Of a stretch of 46,376 nucleotides of DNA, positions 37,761 to 46,376 are shown piece after piece. Location: assembly GCA_947259145.1 (NCBI GenBank), contig CAMYLB010000133.1, positions 1 to 46,376 of the forward strand, in the 5' to 3' direction. A program made the position numbers and the translations under genes. The notes under the pieces are model-generated. The model had not been told where the DNA came from. It worked only from the letters and a program-made list of their open reading frames with translations, and searched no databases. The stretch is from an uncultured Woeseiaceae bacterium (GTDB taxonomy: Bacteria; Pseudomonadota; Gammaproteobacteria; Steroidobacterales; Woeseiaceae). The first letter of the stretch is position 1. Each line of letters starts with the position of its first letter.

Positions 37761-38634
37761 GTGGATTCGCGAAAGAACGGGCATCAAGCGCAGGCACATC
37801 GCCGGCGACAACGAGACCACGTCGACGATGGGCGTGCAGGCGGCGAAACGCGCCATGGAAATGGCGGGCGTTGGCGCTGAAGATATCGATCTCATCGTCC
37901 TCGGCACGGCGACCCCCGACAAGATCTTCCCTTCCACCGCCTGCATCATTCAAAGGCAGCTGGGCGTCAAAGGCTGTGGGGCTTTTGACGTGCATGCCGT
38001 CTGCAGTGGTTTTGTGTACGGCCTGGATCTTGCCAACCGGTACATCCAGACGGGTGGTGCCCGAACGGCACTGGTCATCGGGTCCGAGACCCTGTCCCGG
38101 ATCACGAACTGGGAAGACCGTGGGACCGCTGTCCTGTTCGGCGATGGGGCAGGTGCCGTCGTCCTGCAGGCCAGCGAGGAGCCCGGCATTTTGTCCACGC
38201 ACATTCATGCCGACGGTGAGTACGAAGAACTGTTGCAGGTCAAGCAAGGTGTTTCAGTAGGTTTCGACGTTACGAAGGCCGGCGGCGCCTATATCACGAT
38301 GGAAGGTAACGCCGTTTTCCGGCGCGCCGTCGCAACGTTCGACAATATCGCCCGTGAAACCGTCGCGGACCTCGACGGTCACCTGGACGACATCGACTGG
38401 TTCATACCTCATCAGGCCAACATGCGCATCATCAAAGCGGCGGCAAAAAAACTGCAAATGCCGATGGAGCGCGTGATCGCGACCGTAGACGAGCATGCCA
38501 ATACTTCCGGGGCGTCCATCCCGCTCGCGATGGACCTCGCCATTCGTGACGGTCGTATCAAGCGGGGTCAGACACTGCTGTTGGCCGCCTTCGGGGCCGG
38601 CTTCACCTGGGGGTCAGCGATGCTCCGCTATTGA
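37747..38634 (+). CDS. fabH: 3-oxoacyl-ACP synthase III (KAS III, FabH-like), 5-prime end missing
   Basis: The frame reads DTSDEWIRERTGIKRRHIA..., AVCSGF (Cys), PHQAN (His), HANTSGASIP (Asn). It opens only at 37720 after an in-frame TAA. No plausible start exists, and the first ~25 residues of FabH are absent. The ORF-track ATG at 37828 lies inside the conserved core. Confidence 0.8.
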   Translation, partial: DTSDEWIRERTGIKRRHIAGDNETTSTMGVQAAKRAMEMAGVGAEDIDLIVLGTATPDKIFPSTACIIQRQLGVKGCGAFDVHAVCSGFVYGLDLANRYIQTGGARTALVIGSETLSRITNWEDRGTAVLFGDGAGAVVLQASEEPGILSTHIHADGEYEELLQVKQGVSVGFDVTKAGGAYITMEGNAVFRRAVATFDNIARETVADLDGHLDDIDWFIPHQANMRIIKAAAKKLQMPMERVIATVDEHANTSGASIPLAMDLAIRDGRIKRGQTLLLAAFGAGFTWGSAMLRY

Positions 38635-38803
38635 GTCCCGAGCGCCCAGACCCCGACCAATTCGACATAAGCTGGAAAACAGGCCGTTTTGCGCCACTTT
38701 AGTGTGACCCGATTCACACTTTGAGGGCCATGCTGTCTCTATACTGCGACAGTAACTACTGTCTCCAAACGGAGACAACCACCGACCAAATTCTACGACG
38801 ACA

Positions 38804-38956
38804 TGCCGCTTTCGGAATCGAATGTGTCGCTCAAACTGGCCGATATTCAGAAACAGTGTTCGCAGCTTCTGCAGGACACCGAAGATTCAATCGAATTAAC
38901 ACTCGAGGATGCCGTAATTCCCGGCGATGCGTTCAATCCCTACGATCGCGCCTGAA
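38804..38956 (+). CDS. Possible small acidic protein (50 aa)
   Basis: ORF MPLSESNVSLKLADIQKQCSQLLQDTEDSIELTLEDAVIPGDAFNPYDRA in an otherwise ORF-poor 450-bp gap. There is no clear RBS. Confidence 0.2.
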
Positions 38957-39086
38957 GCCCTCGTTCGCTCGTCCTAAGCAAATACCGACAACAAGCGTTG
39001 CCGCGGCTCGATCGACCCCGATTACCCGCGACGTTTGCTAGTATCCCCCTGGTGACATCAAGACCATCGGACCAGGGGGTTTAAGT

Positions 39087-39545
39087 ATGGCTATCGAACT
39101 GACGATCAACGGTCAGGCAGTTTCACTCGACGTAGACCCGGATATGCCTTTGCTGTGGGCGATCCGCGATGTCGCGGGTCTGACGGGCACCAAATTTGGC
39201 TGTGGCAAAGCGCTGTGTGGCGCCTGCAATGTGCACTTGGACGGCCAGGTAATGCGGTCCTGTGTGATCCCCGTGTCAGCGGCCGTGGGCCGCAAGTTAA
39301 CGACCATCGAGGGCCTGACTGAAGACGGTAATCATCCGGTCCAGGTGGCATGGCGGGAGCTCAACGTCGCGCAATGCGGTTACTGCCAGCCCGGCCAGAT
39401 CATGAGTGCCGTGGCGCTCCTGGAACGCAATCCGAATCCGAGTGATGACGATATTGACGCGGCAATGAGCGGCAATATTTGCCGCTGCGGCACCTACACG
39501 CGCATCCGCCAGGCAATCCACAAAGTTGCGGAGGACCGGTCATGA
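39087..39545 (+). CDS. (2Fe-2S)-binding small subunit of a molybdopterin oxidoreductase (IorA / aldehyde oxidase small subunit type)
   Basis: [12 protein letters not shown] and [11 protein letters not shown]...CRCGTY, the two [2Fe-2S] motifs. 152 aa. Confidence 0.9.
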   Translation: MAIELTINGQAVSLDVDPDMPLLWAIRDVAGLTGTKFGCGKALCGACNVHLDGQVMRSCVIPVSAAVGRKLTTIEGLTEDGNHPVQVAWRELNVAQCGYCQPGQIMSAVALLERNPNPSDDDIDAAMSGNICRCGTYTRIRQAIHKVAEDRS

Positions 39546-41797
39546 GCGAACTTCGACATATCAGCCGCCGCGAATTCCTCAAACGTACGGGACAGGCCGG
39601 TGGCGGACTGGTCCTGGCACTGACATTCACGGCAGGCTGCGGACGGGTGGCCCCCGGTCCCGCCGGCCAAAACACCGCCTCGGTTGCGCCCAACGTCTAC
39701 GTTAACGTTCGTAACGACGGCATCGTCGAAATATTCTGCCATCGCTCCGAAATGGGGCAGGGCATTCGTACCTGCCTGCCGCAGATTATCGCCGACGAAA
39801 TGGATGCTGACTGGGATCGAATCGAGCTGATACAGGCGCTCGGCGATGCGAAATACGGCGATCAGAATACCGACGGCTCGACGAGTATCCGCAACCAGTT
39901 TGACCTGTTGCGCAATGCCGGGGCCACCGCGCGCGAGATGCTGATTGCGGCCGCGGCAGCCGAGTGGGGCGTACCGGCAGGGGAGTGCAGCGCCCGCGAG
40001 CATGCTGTGCATCATGAGGGCAGCGGCAAGTCAGCGGGCTTCGGCGACCTCGTGGACGCCGCCGCGAAGCTCGAAGCGCCGACTGAAGCACCCTTCAAGT
40101 CCCGCGAAGACTACCGCTATATCGGTAAGTCGATGGATACCATCGATGGATTCGCTTTTACAACGGGCCAGGCCATCTATGGCATCGACACGGTCCTTCC
40201 AAAAATGCTGTATGCCTCGATCGAACGCTGCCCGGCATCTGGCGGCACCGTCGTGTCGTTCGACGACGCCAAGGCCAAAGCGGTCCCAGGTGTCGTCGAC
40301 GTAGTGAAGCTTCCCGATCCAACGTCGCCAGTGTTGTTTAACGTTCTGGGCGGTATTGCCGTACTCGCCACCAATACCTGGGCCGCACAAAAAGGCCGCG
40401 AGGCGCTGCAGATCGAATGGGACCGGGGCGCGAACGGCACGCATGAATCGGCCGCCTACCGCAAAGCGCTGGTGAAGTCTGCCACGTCGAGCGGCAACCC
40501 GATTTTGACTCGCGGTGACGTGGCTGCGGCTTTCAAAGCGGCCAATAGCGTACATGAAGCCGTCTATTACGCACCCTACCTGTCCCAGGCTCCGATGGAG
40601 CCGCCGGCGGCCATAGCGCGGATCACGGACGATGGCGGGTGTGAAGCCTGGGCCTGCACGCAAAACCCGCAGGCCGCACAGGACACGGTCGCGGCGACGC
40701 TGGGCATCGACAAGGAAATGGTCAAGGTCCATGTGACGTTGCTGGGCGGTGGCTTCGGGCGCAAGTCCAAGCCCGACTTTATTGCCGAAGCGGCCTGGCT
40801 TGCACGGGAAACCGGGAGGCCGGTCAAGGTCACCTGGACGCGCGAAGACGATATCCGCCACGGGTATTTTCACTCGGTCAGTGCGCAGTACCTCAAGGCG
40901 GGTCTCGATGCCGACGGCAATGCCACCAGCTTTTTGCACCGCAGCTGTTTCCCGTCGATCATGTCGACGTTCGACCCGAGCGCGACCGGACCCGGTGGCT
41001 TCGAACTCGACCTCGGTCTACTCGATAACCCCTATGACATTGCGAACATGCAACTCGAAACGGCAGATGCCAAAGCGCACCTGCGCATCGGTTGGCTTCG
41101 CTCAGTCTGCAATGTCTTTCACGCCTTCGCGCTGAGCGGTTTCGTCGATGAGCTTGCCCACGTTGCCGGCCAGGATCCCAGGGACCATTTGCTCAAGCTG
41201 CTCGGCAAGCCGCGCCAGGTCGACCCGGCCGACGACGGGGCCAAATATACTAACTACGGTCATCCGCTCGAGAACCACCCGATTGACACAGGTCGAATTG
41301 CCGCGGTCGTTGAAAAGGTCGCCGACATGGCTAACTGGGGAAGGGCGCTGCCTGACGGGCATGGCCTCGGCATTGCCGTGCATCGTTCTTTTCTGAGTAT
41401 CGTTGGCACGGTGGCCGAAGTGAGTGTCGACAAGAACGGCAAACTGGTCGTGCACGATGTCTGGACTGCCGTTGATGCCGGGACAGTGATTAATCCGGAT
41501 CGCGTAACGTCGCAGATGGAGGGCGCCGCAATTTTCGGCATGAGTATCGCCCTGCACGGCGAGATTACGGCTAAAGACGGGGCTGTCGTGCAAGGCAACT
41601 ACGATACCTATCCGGTTGTGCGAATGAGCGAAACGCCGGATGCCATCCATGTTCACATCATGGAATCGACGGCACCTCCGGGCGGCGTGGGCGAGCCGGG
41701 CGTTCCGCCGGTTGCGCCCGCAATCGTGAACGCCTATTTCGCGGCGACCGGCAAGCGAATTCGGGAATTACCGTTACGGAATGCCGGGCTGACCTGA
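39542..41797 (+). CDS. Molybdopterin-binding large subunit (IorB / xanthine dehydrogenase family), Tat-exported
   Basis: ATGA overlap with the small subunit. Twin-arginine signal [10 protein letters not shown] and lipobox-like TAGC. Large MoCo-binding domains ([17 protein letters not shown]). Confidence 0.88.
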   Translation: MSELRHISRREFLKRTGQAGGGLVLALTFTAGCGRVAPGPAGQNTASVAPNVYVNVRNDGIVEIFCHRSEMGQGIRTCLPQIIADEMDADWDRIELIQALGDAKYGDQNTDGSTSIRNQFDLLRNAGATAREMLIAAAAAEWGVPAGECSAREHAVHHEGSGKSAGFGDLVDAAAKLEAPTEAPFKSREDYRYIGKSMDTIDGFAFTTGQAIYGIDTVLPKMLYASIERCPASGGTVVSFDDAKAKAVPGVVDVVKLPDPTSPVLFNVLGGIAVLATNTWAAQKGREALQIEWDRGANGTHESAAYRKALVKSATSSGNPILTRGDVAAAFKAANSVHEAVYYAPYLSQAPMEPPAAIARITDDGGCEAWACTQNPQAAQDTVAATLGIDKEMVKVHVTLLGGGFGRKSKPDFIAEAAWLARETGRPVKVTWTREDDIRHGYFHSVSAQYLKAGLDADGNATSFLHRSCFPSIMSTFDPSATGPGGFELDLGLLDNPYDIANMQLETADAKAHLRIGWLRSVCNVFHAFALSGFVDELAHVAGQDPRDHLLKLLGKPRQVDPADDGAKYTNYGHPLENHPIDTGRIAAVVEKVADMANWGRALPDGHGLGIAVHRSFLSIVGTVAEVSVDKNGKLVVHDVWTAVDAGTVINPDRVTSQMEGAAIFGMSIALHGEITAKDGAVVQGNYDTYPVVRMSETPDAIHVHIMESTAPPGGVGEPGVPPVAPAIVNAYFAATGKRIRELPLRNAGLT

Positions 41798-41801
41798 TCC
41801 C

Positions 41802-42800
41802 GTGAATCGCTGCGCGCCTTTTCTGGTGTTGATCTGCAGTGCCAGTCAGGCGTCGCCGTTATTTGATGAACACGACGTCCTTGAGATTACTCTCGAGGGC
41901 CCCGTGTCCACGTTGTTGGAAGACAGCGAAGCGCGCGGCGAGCAACCCTTTCGCCTTACCCTGGGCGACCAGGTCTTTAACGTGGGCGCAAACCTGCGTG
42001 GCAACAGCAGGGTAGAGCTCTGTCACTTTCCACCAATCCGCCTGAATTTTTCGAAAAGCGACGCACAGGAAACCGTTTTTGCAGGCCAAAGGAAACTCAA
42101 ACTCGTCACACATTGCAAGGGCGGTGCAAATTACGAAAAGAACTTGCTGGAGGAGTATGCAGCGTACCGCATTCTGAACGTGCTCACGGACATGAGCTTT
42201 CGGACACGTTTGCTGCATATTCGATATGTGGACAGTGAGCACCCCGATCGCGATGCCGTTGTGCGCTATGGCTTCCTGATTGAGCCTGAGAAAGCCCTTG
42301 CAGGGCGCAACGGCGGGACCCTGCTCGATCTGCGCCACGTTACGAAACCGCGGCTCGACGAGCCGCATGCGGCGATCGTCTATGTTTTCCAATACCTCGT
42401 TGGCAACACGGACTGGTCACTTGTCAGGGCGTTCGATTCTGAAACGTGCTGCCACAATGGCGAGCTCGTGGGTATCGATGATCGGCAATACTATGTGCCC
42501 TACGACTTCGATATGGCGGGACTCGTCAATGCACGCTATGCGGCGCCAAATCCAGACCTGCGTTTAAGACGTGTGACCCAGAGAAGGTATCGAGGTTACT
42601 GTTCCACGACCGAGGCCGTTCGGGACGCGCTCCAGTTGGTGATTAGCCACCACGATGACATCCTGAAAATCATCGCAGAACTGCCGGGCTTTTCTGAAGA
42701 CGACATCGCATCTTCATCCCGGTTTCTGGAGGGGTTCTTTAAGGGCGCCGCAAACGAAGAGAAGCTACTGCGTGAGTTTGAGCGTCGATGCCTGAAGTAA
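41802..42800 (+). CDS. Secreted hypothetical protein (332 aa)
   Basis: Signal peptide MNRCAPFLVLICSASQA. GTG start 4 nt after the iorB-like stop. Conserved-looking block YLVGNTDWS...YYVPYDFDMAGLVNARYA, but I cannot name a family. Confidence 0.6.
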   Translation: MNRCAPFLVLICSASQASPLFDEHDVLEITLEGPVSTLLEDSEARGEQPFRLTLGDQVFNVGANLRGNSRVELCHFPPIRLNFSKSDAQETVFAGQRKLKLVTHCKGGANYEKNLLEEYAAYRILNVLTDMSFRTRLLHIRYVDSEHPDRDAVVRYGFLIEPEKALAGRNGGTLLDLRHVTKPRLDEPHAAIVYVFQYLVGNTDWSLVRAFDSETCCHNGELVGIDDRQYYVPYDFDMAGLVNARYAAPNPDLRLRRVTQRRYRGYCSTTEAVRDALQLVISHHDDILKIIAELPGFSEDDIASSSRFLEGFFKGAANEEKLLREFERRCLK

Positions 42801-42813
42801 CAATCGTTCGGCC

Positions 42814-43683
42814 GTGAGCAACACAGCCCTTTACCTGATCACGGTCCTGATCTGGGGGTCGACCTGGCTGGCCATCGAGTTCCAGCTCGGCGTGGTTGAA
42901 CCCGAAGTGTCCATCGTCTACCGCTACGCAATTGCGTCTGCAGTGCTCTTTATATACTGTAAAATCAATAAATTAAAGCTATTATTTGATCTAAAGTGTC
43001 ATGTGTGGTTTGTGCTTCTGGGCGCGTCTCTTTTCGGCCTCAATTATATCTTCGCGTATCGCGCACAGGTCCACATTACGTCAGCCCTGGCGGCCATCGC
43101 GTTCTCCTCGATGCTGTGGATCAACATCGTACTTTCCCGCCTGATATTTGGTACCCGCGCAGGGCGGCGCGTACTGATCGGTGCCTTCCTCGGCATCCTC
43201 GGCATTATCGTGCTGTTCGCACCGCAGGTAAGCGAAGTTTCATTGTCGGATGAGGTTTTCATCGGCTCGATTCTGGCGCTGCTTGGAGCCCTCACGGCGT
43301 CAATAGGCAACATGGTCTCTCAGGGCGCACAAAAACGCGCTTTACCGGTCATGCAGGCCAACGCCTGGGGCATGCTCTATGGGGCGCTGCTGACGGCCAT
43401 CATTGCCCTGTTTCAGGGGCACGCATTCACGTTCGACGCGACTTTTACGTACATCGCGTCACTGGCTTATTTGGCACTATTTGGCTCAGTGGTGGCGTTT
43501 GGCGCCTACCTGACATTGCTTGGCCGGATCGGTGCTCACAAGGCGGGTTACGCAACAGTCATGTTCCCGGTTGTGGCACTGGTACTTTCCATTCTGTTCG
43601 AAGGACTGGGCCTCGACATGAGCATTGTGTTGGGCACAGCCCTGGTCCTTTTGGGCAATCTGCTGGTATTGAAAGAAAGATGA
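42814..43683 (+). CDS. DMT-superfamily (EamA-like) transporter
   Basis: Ten hydrophobic segments with two EamA-like halves. 289 aa. GTG start. Confidence 0.8.
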   Translation: MSNTALYLITVLIWGSTWLAIEFQLGVVEPEVSIVYRYAIASAVLFIYCKINKLKLLFDLKCHVWFVLLGASLFGLNYIFAYRAQVHITSALAAIAFSSMLWINIVLSRLIFGTRAGRRVLIGAFLGILGIIVLFAPQVSEVSLSDEVFIGSILALLGALTASIGNMVSQGAQKRALPVMQANAWGMLYGALLTAIIALFQGHAFTFDATFTYIASLAYLALFGSVVAFGAYLTLLGRIGAHKAGYATVMFPVVALVLSILFEGLGLDMSIVLGTALVLLGNLLVLKER

Positions 43684-44930
43684 ATAACAAACGCGATCCG
43701 ATCGAAGACCTGGCCCACCTCCGTCATGAATTCGGCGAACACGGCGGCGTCAACATGTCGATCGAGGCGAGCACGACGTTCACCGTTATCGACCCGAAGA
43801 CGATGCCGGACCTGTTCGAGGGACGCAAAGGTCCGGCCAAGGGCTGCTACCTGTACGGCCGCCACTTCAACCCGACGGTATTCAACCTGGGTCGGCAGAT
43901 GGCTGCGCTCGCGGGCACCGAAGCCGGCTACTGCACGGCCAGCGGTATGGCCGCGATCTCGGGGGCCATACTGGGCTTGTGTAATGCCGGAGATGAAATT
44001 GTTGCTTCCAATACGATCTATGGCGGCAGCTACGCGCTTTTGCACGACTTCCTGCCCGCGAAAGCGCGCATCAGGACGACGTTTGTAGACATCACAGATC
44101 TCGATGCTGTGACCAACGCCATCACGGCGAGAACAAAACTGGTCTTTACGGAAAGCATATCGAATCCGACATTGCGCCTTGCAAACATGCCGCGGCTCGC
44201 GGCTATTGCGCACGAGCGTGGCATGCCACTGGTCGTCGACAACACCTTCAGCCCTCTGCTGCTCAGGCCCGCGACATTGGGTGCGGATATCGTGGTTCAT
44301 AGTATTACGAAGTTCATCAGCGGTGCCTCGGATGTCATTGCCGGTGCGGTTTGTGGCAGCGAGAGTTTTATCGGCCAGCTCATGGACTTGCACATGGGGC
44401 CGTTAATGCTGCTCGGACCGACAATGGACCCGCACGTAGCCGCAAACGTCAGCCTGCGCATTCCGCATCTTCCGCTTCGAATGGCCGCGCACGGGGAGCG
44501 TGCCCTGCAACTTTCAAGGCGACTCGACGCGCTCGGACTCAATGTCAGCTATCCGGGTCTGCCGCAGCACCCTGATCATGAATTGTTCAACGAACTACGA
44601 TCCAGCGAGTACGGTTACGGCGGTGTACTGACACTGGATGTGGGCGACGCGGAAACGGCCAATGAGCTGATGTCGCATTTGCAGAACGAGCAGCGCTTCG
44701 GCTACCTGGCCGTCAGTCTCGGTTATTTCGATACGCTCATGTCCTGCTCGGGCTCCAGCACCTCAAGCGAGTTGAGTGACGACGACAAAGCCGCGGCCGG
44801 CATATCGCCTGGCTTGGTGCGCATGGCCGTTGGTTACACGGGCACGCTGGAACAGCGTTGGGGACAACTGCTTGCGGCCCTCGAGGACACGGGTATTGTA
44901 AAAGCCGGAAAAGCGCAGGCACGAACATGA
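43680..44930 (+). CDS. Cys/Met-metabolism PLP-dependent enzyme (methionine gamma-lyase / cystathionine gamma-synthase family)
   Basis: YGRHFNPT, DNTFSPLLLRP and SITKFISGASD (PLP lysine). ATGA overlap with the transporter gene. Confidence 0.85.
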   Translation: MNNKRDPIEDLAHLRHEFGEHGGVNMSIEASTTFTVIDPKTMPDLFEGRKGPAKGCYLYGRHFNPTVFNLGRQMAALAGTEAGYCTASGMAAISGAILGLCNAGDEIVASNTIYGGSYALLHDFLPAKARIRTTFVDITDLDAVTNAITARTKLVFTESISNPTLRLANMPRLAAIAHERGMPLVVDNTFSPLLLRPATLGADIVVHSITKFISGASDVIAGAVCGSESFIGQLMDLHMGPLMLLGPTMDPHVAANVSLRIPHLPLRMAAHGERALQLSRRLDALGLNVSYPGLPQHPDHELFNELRSSEYGYGGVLTLDVGDAETANELMSHLQNEQRFGYLAVSLGYFDTLMSCSGSSTSSELSDDDKAAAGISPGLVRMAVGYTGTLEQRWGQLLAALEDTGIVKAGKAQART

Positions 44931-45511
44931 AGAGCATCAGCGTCAAGACACTGCTCGTGTTCCTCGCCGCCGCACTGTTTGTTGCGTGCCTGCAAGCCGC
45001 AGACGATCCGCGCCTCGAAGAGAGTCGGGCACTGGTGCAGTCGTTTGGTACCACTTTGCAGGGCGAACTGAAGAAGGGCCTTGCAGAGGGTGGACCTGTG
45101 GAGGCGATCAGCGTGTGTAAAGACAAAGCACCTCAGATTGCGTCCGAGTTGTCGCGGCTCAGCGGGGCTAAAGTGCGACGAACGAGTCTTCGTTTTCGCA
45201 ATCCCGCGAACGCACCGGAGCCTTGGGAAACGAGCGTATTGCTCGAGTTCGAACAGCAGGCGATTGGGGCAGAAGCAGAAACACCGTCGGAACACTTCGC
45301 GGAGGATGCTGATGGCACGATTCGCTATATGGCAGTTATCAAGACGGGCGCTGTTTGTCTTACCTGCCACGGCGCGCCACTGTCGCCCGAATTGGACGCA
45401 ATACTCGATGCCGGCTATCCTCATGACCGGGCGCGTGGTTACGCACTCGGTGATGTTCGAGGCGCTTTCAGTGTGACCTGGCCTGCGTCCGATGATGCAT
45501 CGAGCAGGTAA
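44927..45511 (+). CDS. Secreted DUF3365 (Tll0287-like) protein with a c-type heme motif
   Basis: Signal peptide MKSISVKTLLVFLAAALFVAC, AISVCKDKAP, CLTCHG (CxxCH), and RGAFSV near the C-terminus. The start overlaps the previous stop. Confidence 0.7.
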   Translation: MKSISVKTLLVFLAAALFVACLQAADDPRLEESRALVQSFGTTLQGELKKGLAEGGPVEAISVCKDKAPQIASELSRLSGAKVRRTSLRFRNPANAPEPWETSVLLEFEQQAIGAEAETPSEHFAEDADGTIRYMAVIKTGAVCLTCHGAPLSPELDAILDAGYPHDRARGYALGDVRGAFSVTWPASDDASSR

Positions 45512-46376
45512 TGGAAACCGACAAGCGAGAAAGCGGAGTCAAGATCGGACTTGCACTCGGCAGCGGCTCGGCCCGCGGCTGGTCGCATATCGGCGTGTTA
45601 CGGGCGCTCATTGACCGGGGCATAGAGCCGACAATAGTGGCCGGATCTTCGACGGGTGCGCTCGTCGCGGCGTCCTATGCCAGTGACCAGCTCGATGCGC
45701 TCGAGACCTGGGTGCGAACGCTGACCAAAGTCGACGTGTGGCGGCTTCTTGACGCGACCCTCAGCGGCGGCGGCGTAATGCGTGGCAATCGACTGATGCG
45801 AACAGTCGCGGAGCACCTGGAGGATCGGGCCATCGAGACTCTGGCCCGACCGTTTGGTGCGGTCGCCGTGGACCTGTATACGGGCAAAGAGGTCTGGATC
45901 CAGAAGGGTTCCATGCTGGATGCTGTCCGTGCTTCCAGCGGGTTGCCCGGCCTGTTCACGCCCATGCTTCACGATGGCCGCTGGCTCATCGATGGCGGCG
46001 TCCTCAATCCGGTACCCGTCTCGATGTGCCGAGCACTGGGCGCCGACTACGTTATTGCCGTGAAACTAAACCGGCCCGCTAACGAGAGCCGCCTGGGCAA
46101 GAGGAAAAACCCGGCCAAACCTCCGCGACAGGAGGGCAGCAGTCCGGAGGAGGGAGCCGAACTGTTCGCGCGATGGACCGGTTTGCTGGACAGTTTTGTG
46201 AACTCAATTCGGGCAGATCGCGAAGCCAGCGAACCCGGCATCGCTGAGGTCGTGTACAACGCAATCAATATCATGCAGGCCCAGATTTCATCCAACCGCA
46301 TGATCGGCGATCCGCCGGACCTGGTCGTTACGCCACGCCTCGATCATTTTCATTTAATGGACTTTCACCGCGCCGC
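45511..46376 (+). CDS. Patatin-like phospholipase (RssA-like), 3-prime partial at window edge
   Basis: Not in the ORF track because no stop lies in the window. Translation METDKRESGVKIGLALGSGSARGWSHIGV...AGSSTGALV...IDGGVLNPVP shows the GxGxxG, GxSxG and DGG motifs. The ATG overlaps the previous TAA. Confidence 0.85.
   Translation, partial: METDKRESGVKIGLALGSGSARGWSHIGVLRALIDRGIEPTIVAGSSTGALVAASYASDQLDALETWVRTLTKVDVWRLLDATLSGGGVMRGNRLMRTVAEHLEDRAIETLARPFGAVAVDLYTGKEVWIQKGSMLDAVRASSGLPGLFTPMLHDGRWLIDGGVLNPVPVSMCRALGADYVIAVKLNRPANESRLGKRKNPAKPPRQEGSSPEEGAELFARWTGLLDSFVNSIRADREASEPGIAEVVYNAINIMQAQISSNRMIGDPPDLVVTPRLDHFHLMDFHRA

Noticed and set aside
38721-39041. 106-aa plus-strand ORF after fabH
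   Set aside because: It has a TTG start, odd composition (Cys/Arg/Thr-rich) and no motif. A different small ORF in the region is listed at low confidence instead.
40031-40939. 302-aa minus-strand ORF; similar long antisense ORFs at 43548-44393, 16821-17498, 41102-41656 and 36783-37346
   Set aside because: All are nested antisense within genes that have clear family signatures, and they are Arg/Ala/Gly-rich. I treat them as shadow ORFs.
1-46376. Explanations for the broken genes: programmed ribosomal frameshifting, introns or inteins
   Set aside because: Conserved protein segments are missing at the junctions rather than merely shifted or interrupted by extra sequence. No slippery heptamers or inserted elements are visible.

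Overview
This 46.4-kb chromosomal segment looks gammaproteobacterial. The evidence is a divergent rluE/icd pair and the order uvrC-pgsA-tRNA-Gly ... tRNA-Cys-tRNA-Leu, both as in enterics. It appears moderately GC-rich by eye (not computed). I support about 50 protein-coding genes and 3 tRNAs. I found no rRNA, CRISPR array, transposase, integrase or phage genes. In order, the window holds: a partial asparaginase-like gene, an ALDH7/AmaB-type dehydrogenase, class II DAHP synthase, rluE, icd, a UdgB-like glycosylase, uvrC, pgsA and tRNA-Gly. A 3.7-kb block follows (EthA-like BVMO, an unknown protein, a BNR lipoprotein), then tRNA-Cys and tRNA-Leu. Next come a YgbA-like protein, a GAF-GGDEF cyclase, a PLD-family lipoprotein, tdk and an ExeA-like AAA+::FHA protein. 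A complete ccmABCDEFGHI operon follows, then nitronate monooxygenase, crcB, a PLP decarboxylase, an AGMO-like hydroxylase, RidA and several membrane or secreted unknowns. The window ends with a lipid-type cassette, IorAB-type molybdoenzyme genes, and an EamA / Met-gamma-lyase-family / DUF3365 heme / patatin operon. Two things stand out. (1) Six well-conserved genes (amaB-like, DAHP synthase, ccmA, NMO, crcB, fabH-like) show clean internal losses of conserved segments with frame breaks. Two further ORFs have simple frameshifts, and one gene carries a perfect 27-bp tandem duplication. This fits collapsed assembly or scaffold junctions better than biology and must be resolved before any functional reading. 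(2) The best candidate for an undescribed system is the divergent cassette at 33.6-38.6 kb: DUF3108 and a DUF374 acyltransferase on one strand, facing P450, FAAL::ACP and KAS III on the other. Secondary leads are the orphan ExeA-like::FHA ATPase, the PLD lipoprotein/GGDEF pair, the split tRNA cluster with an att-like tRNA-Leu 3-prime repeat, and a 59-nt near-perfect hairpin. All family assignments rest on motif recognition by eye; no searches were run.
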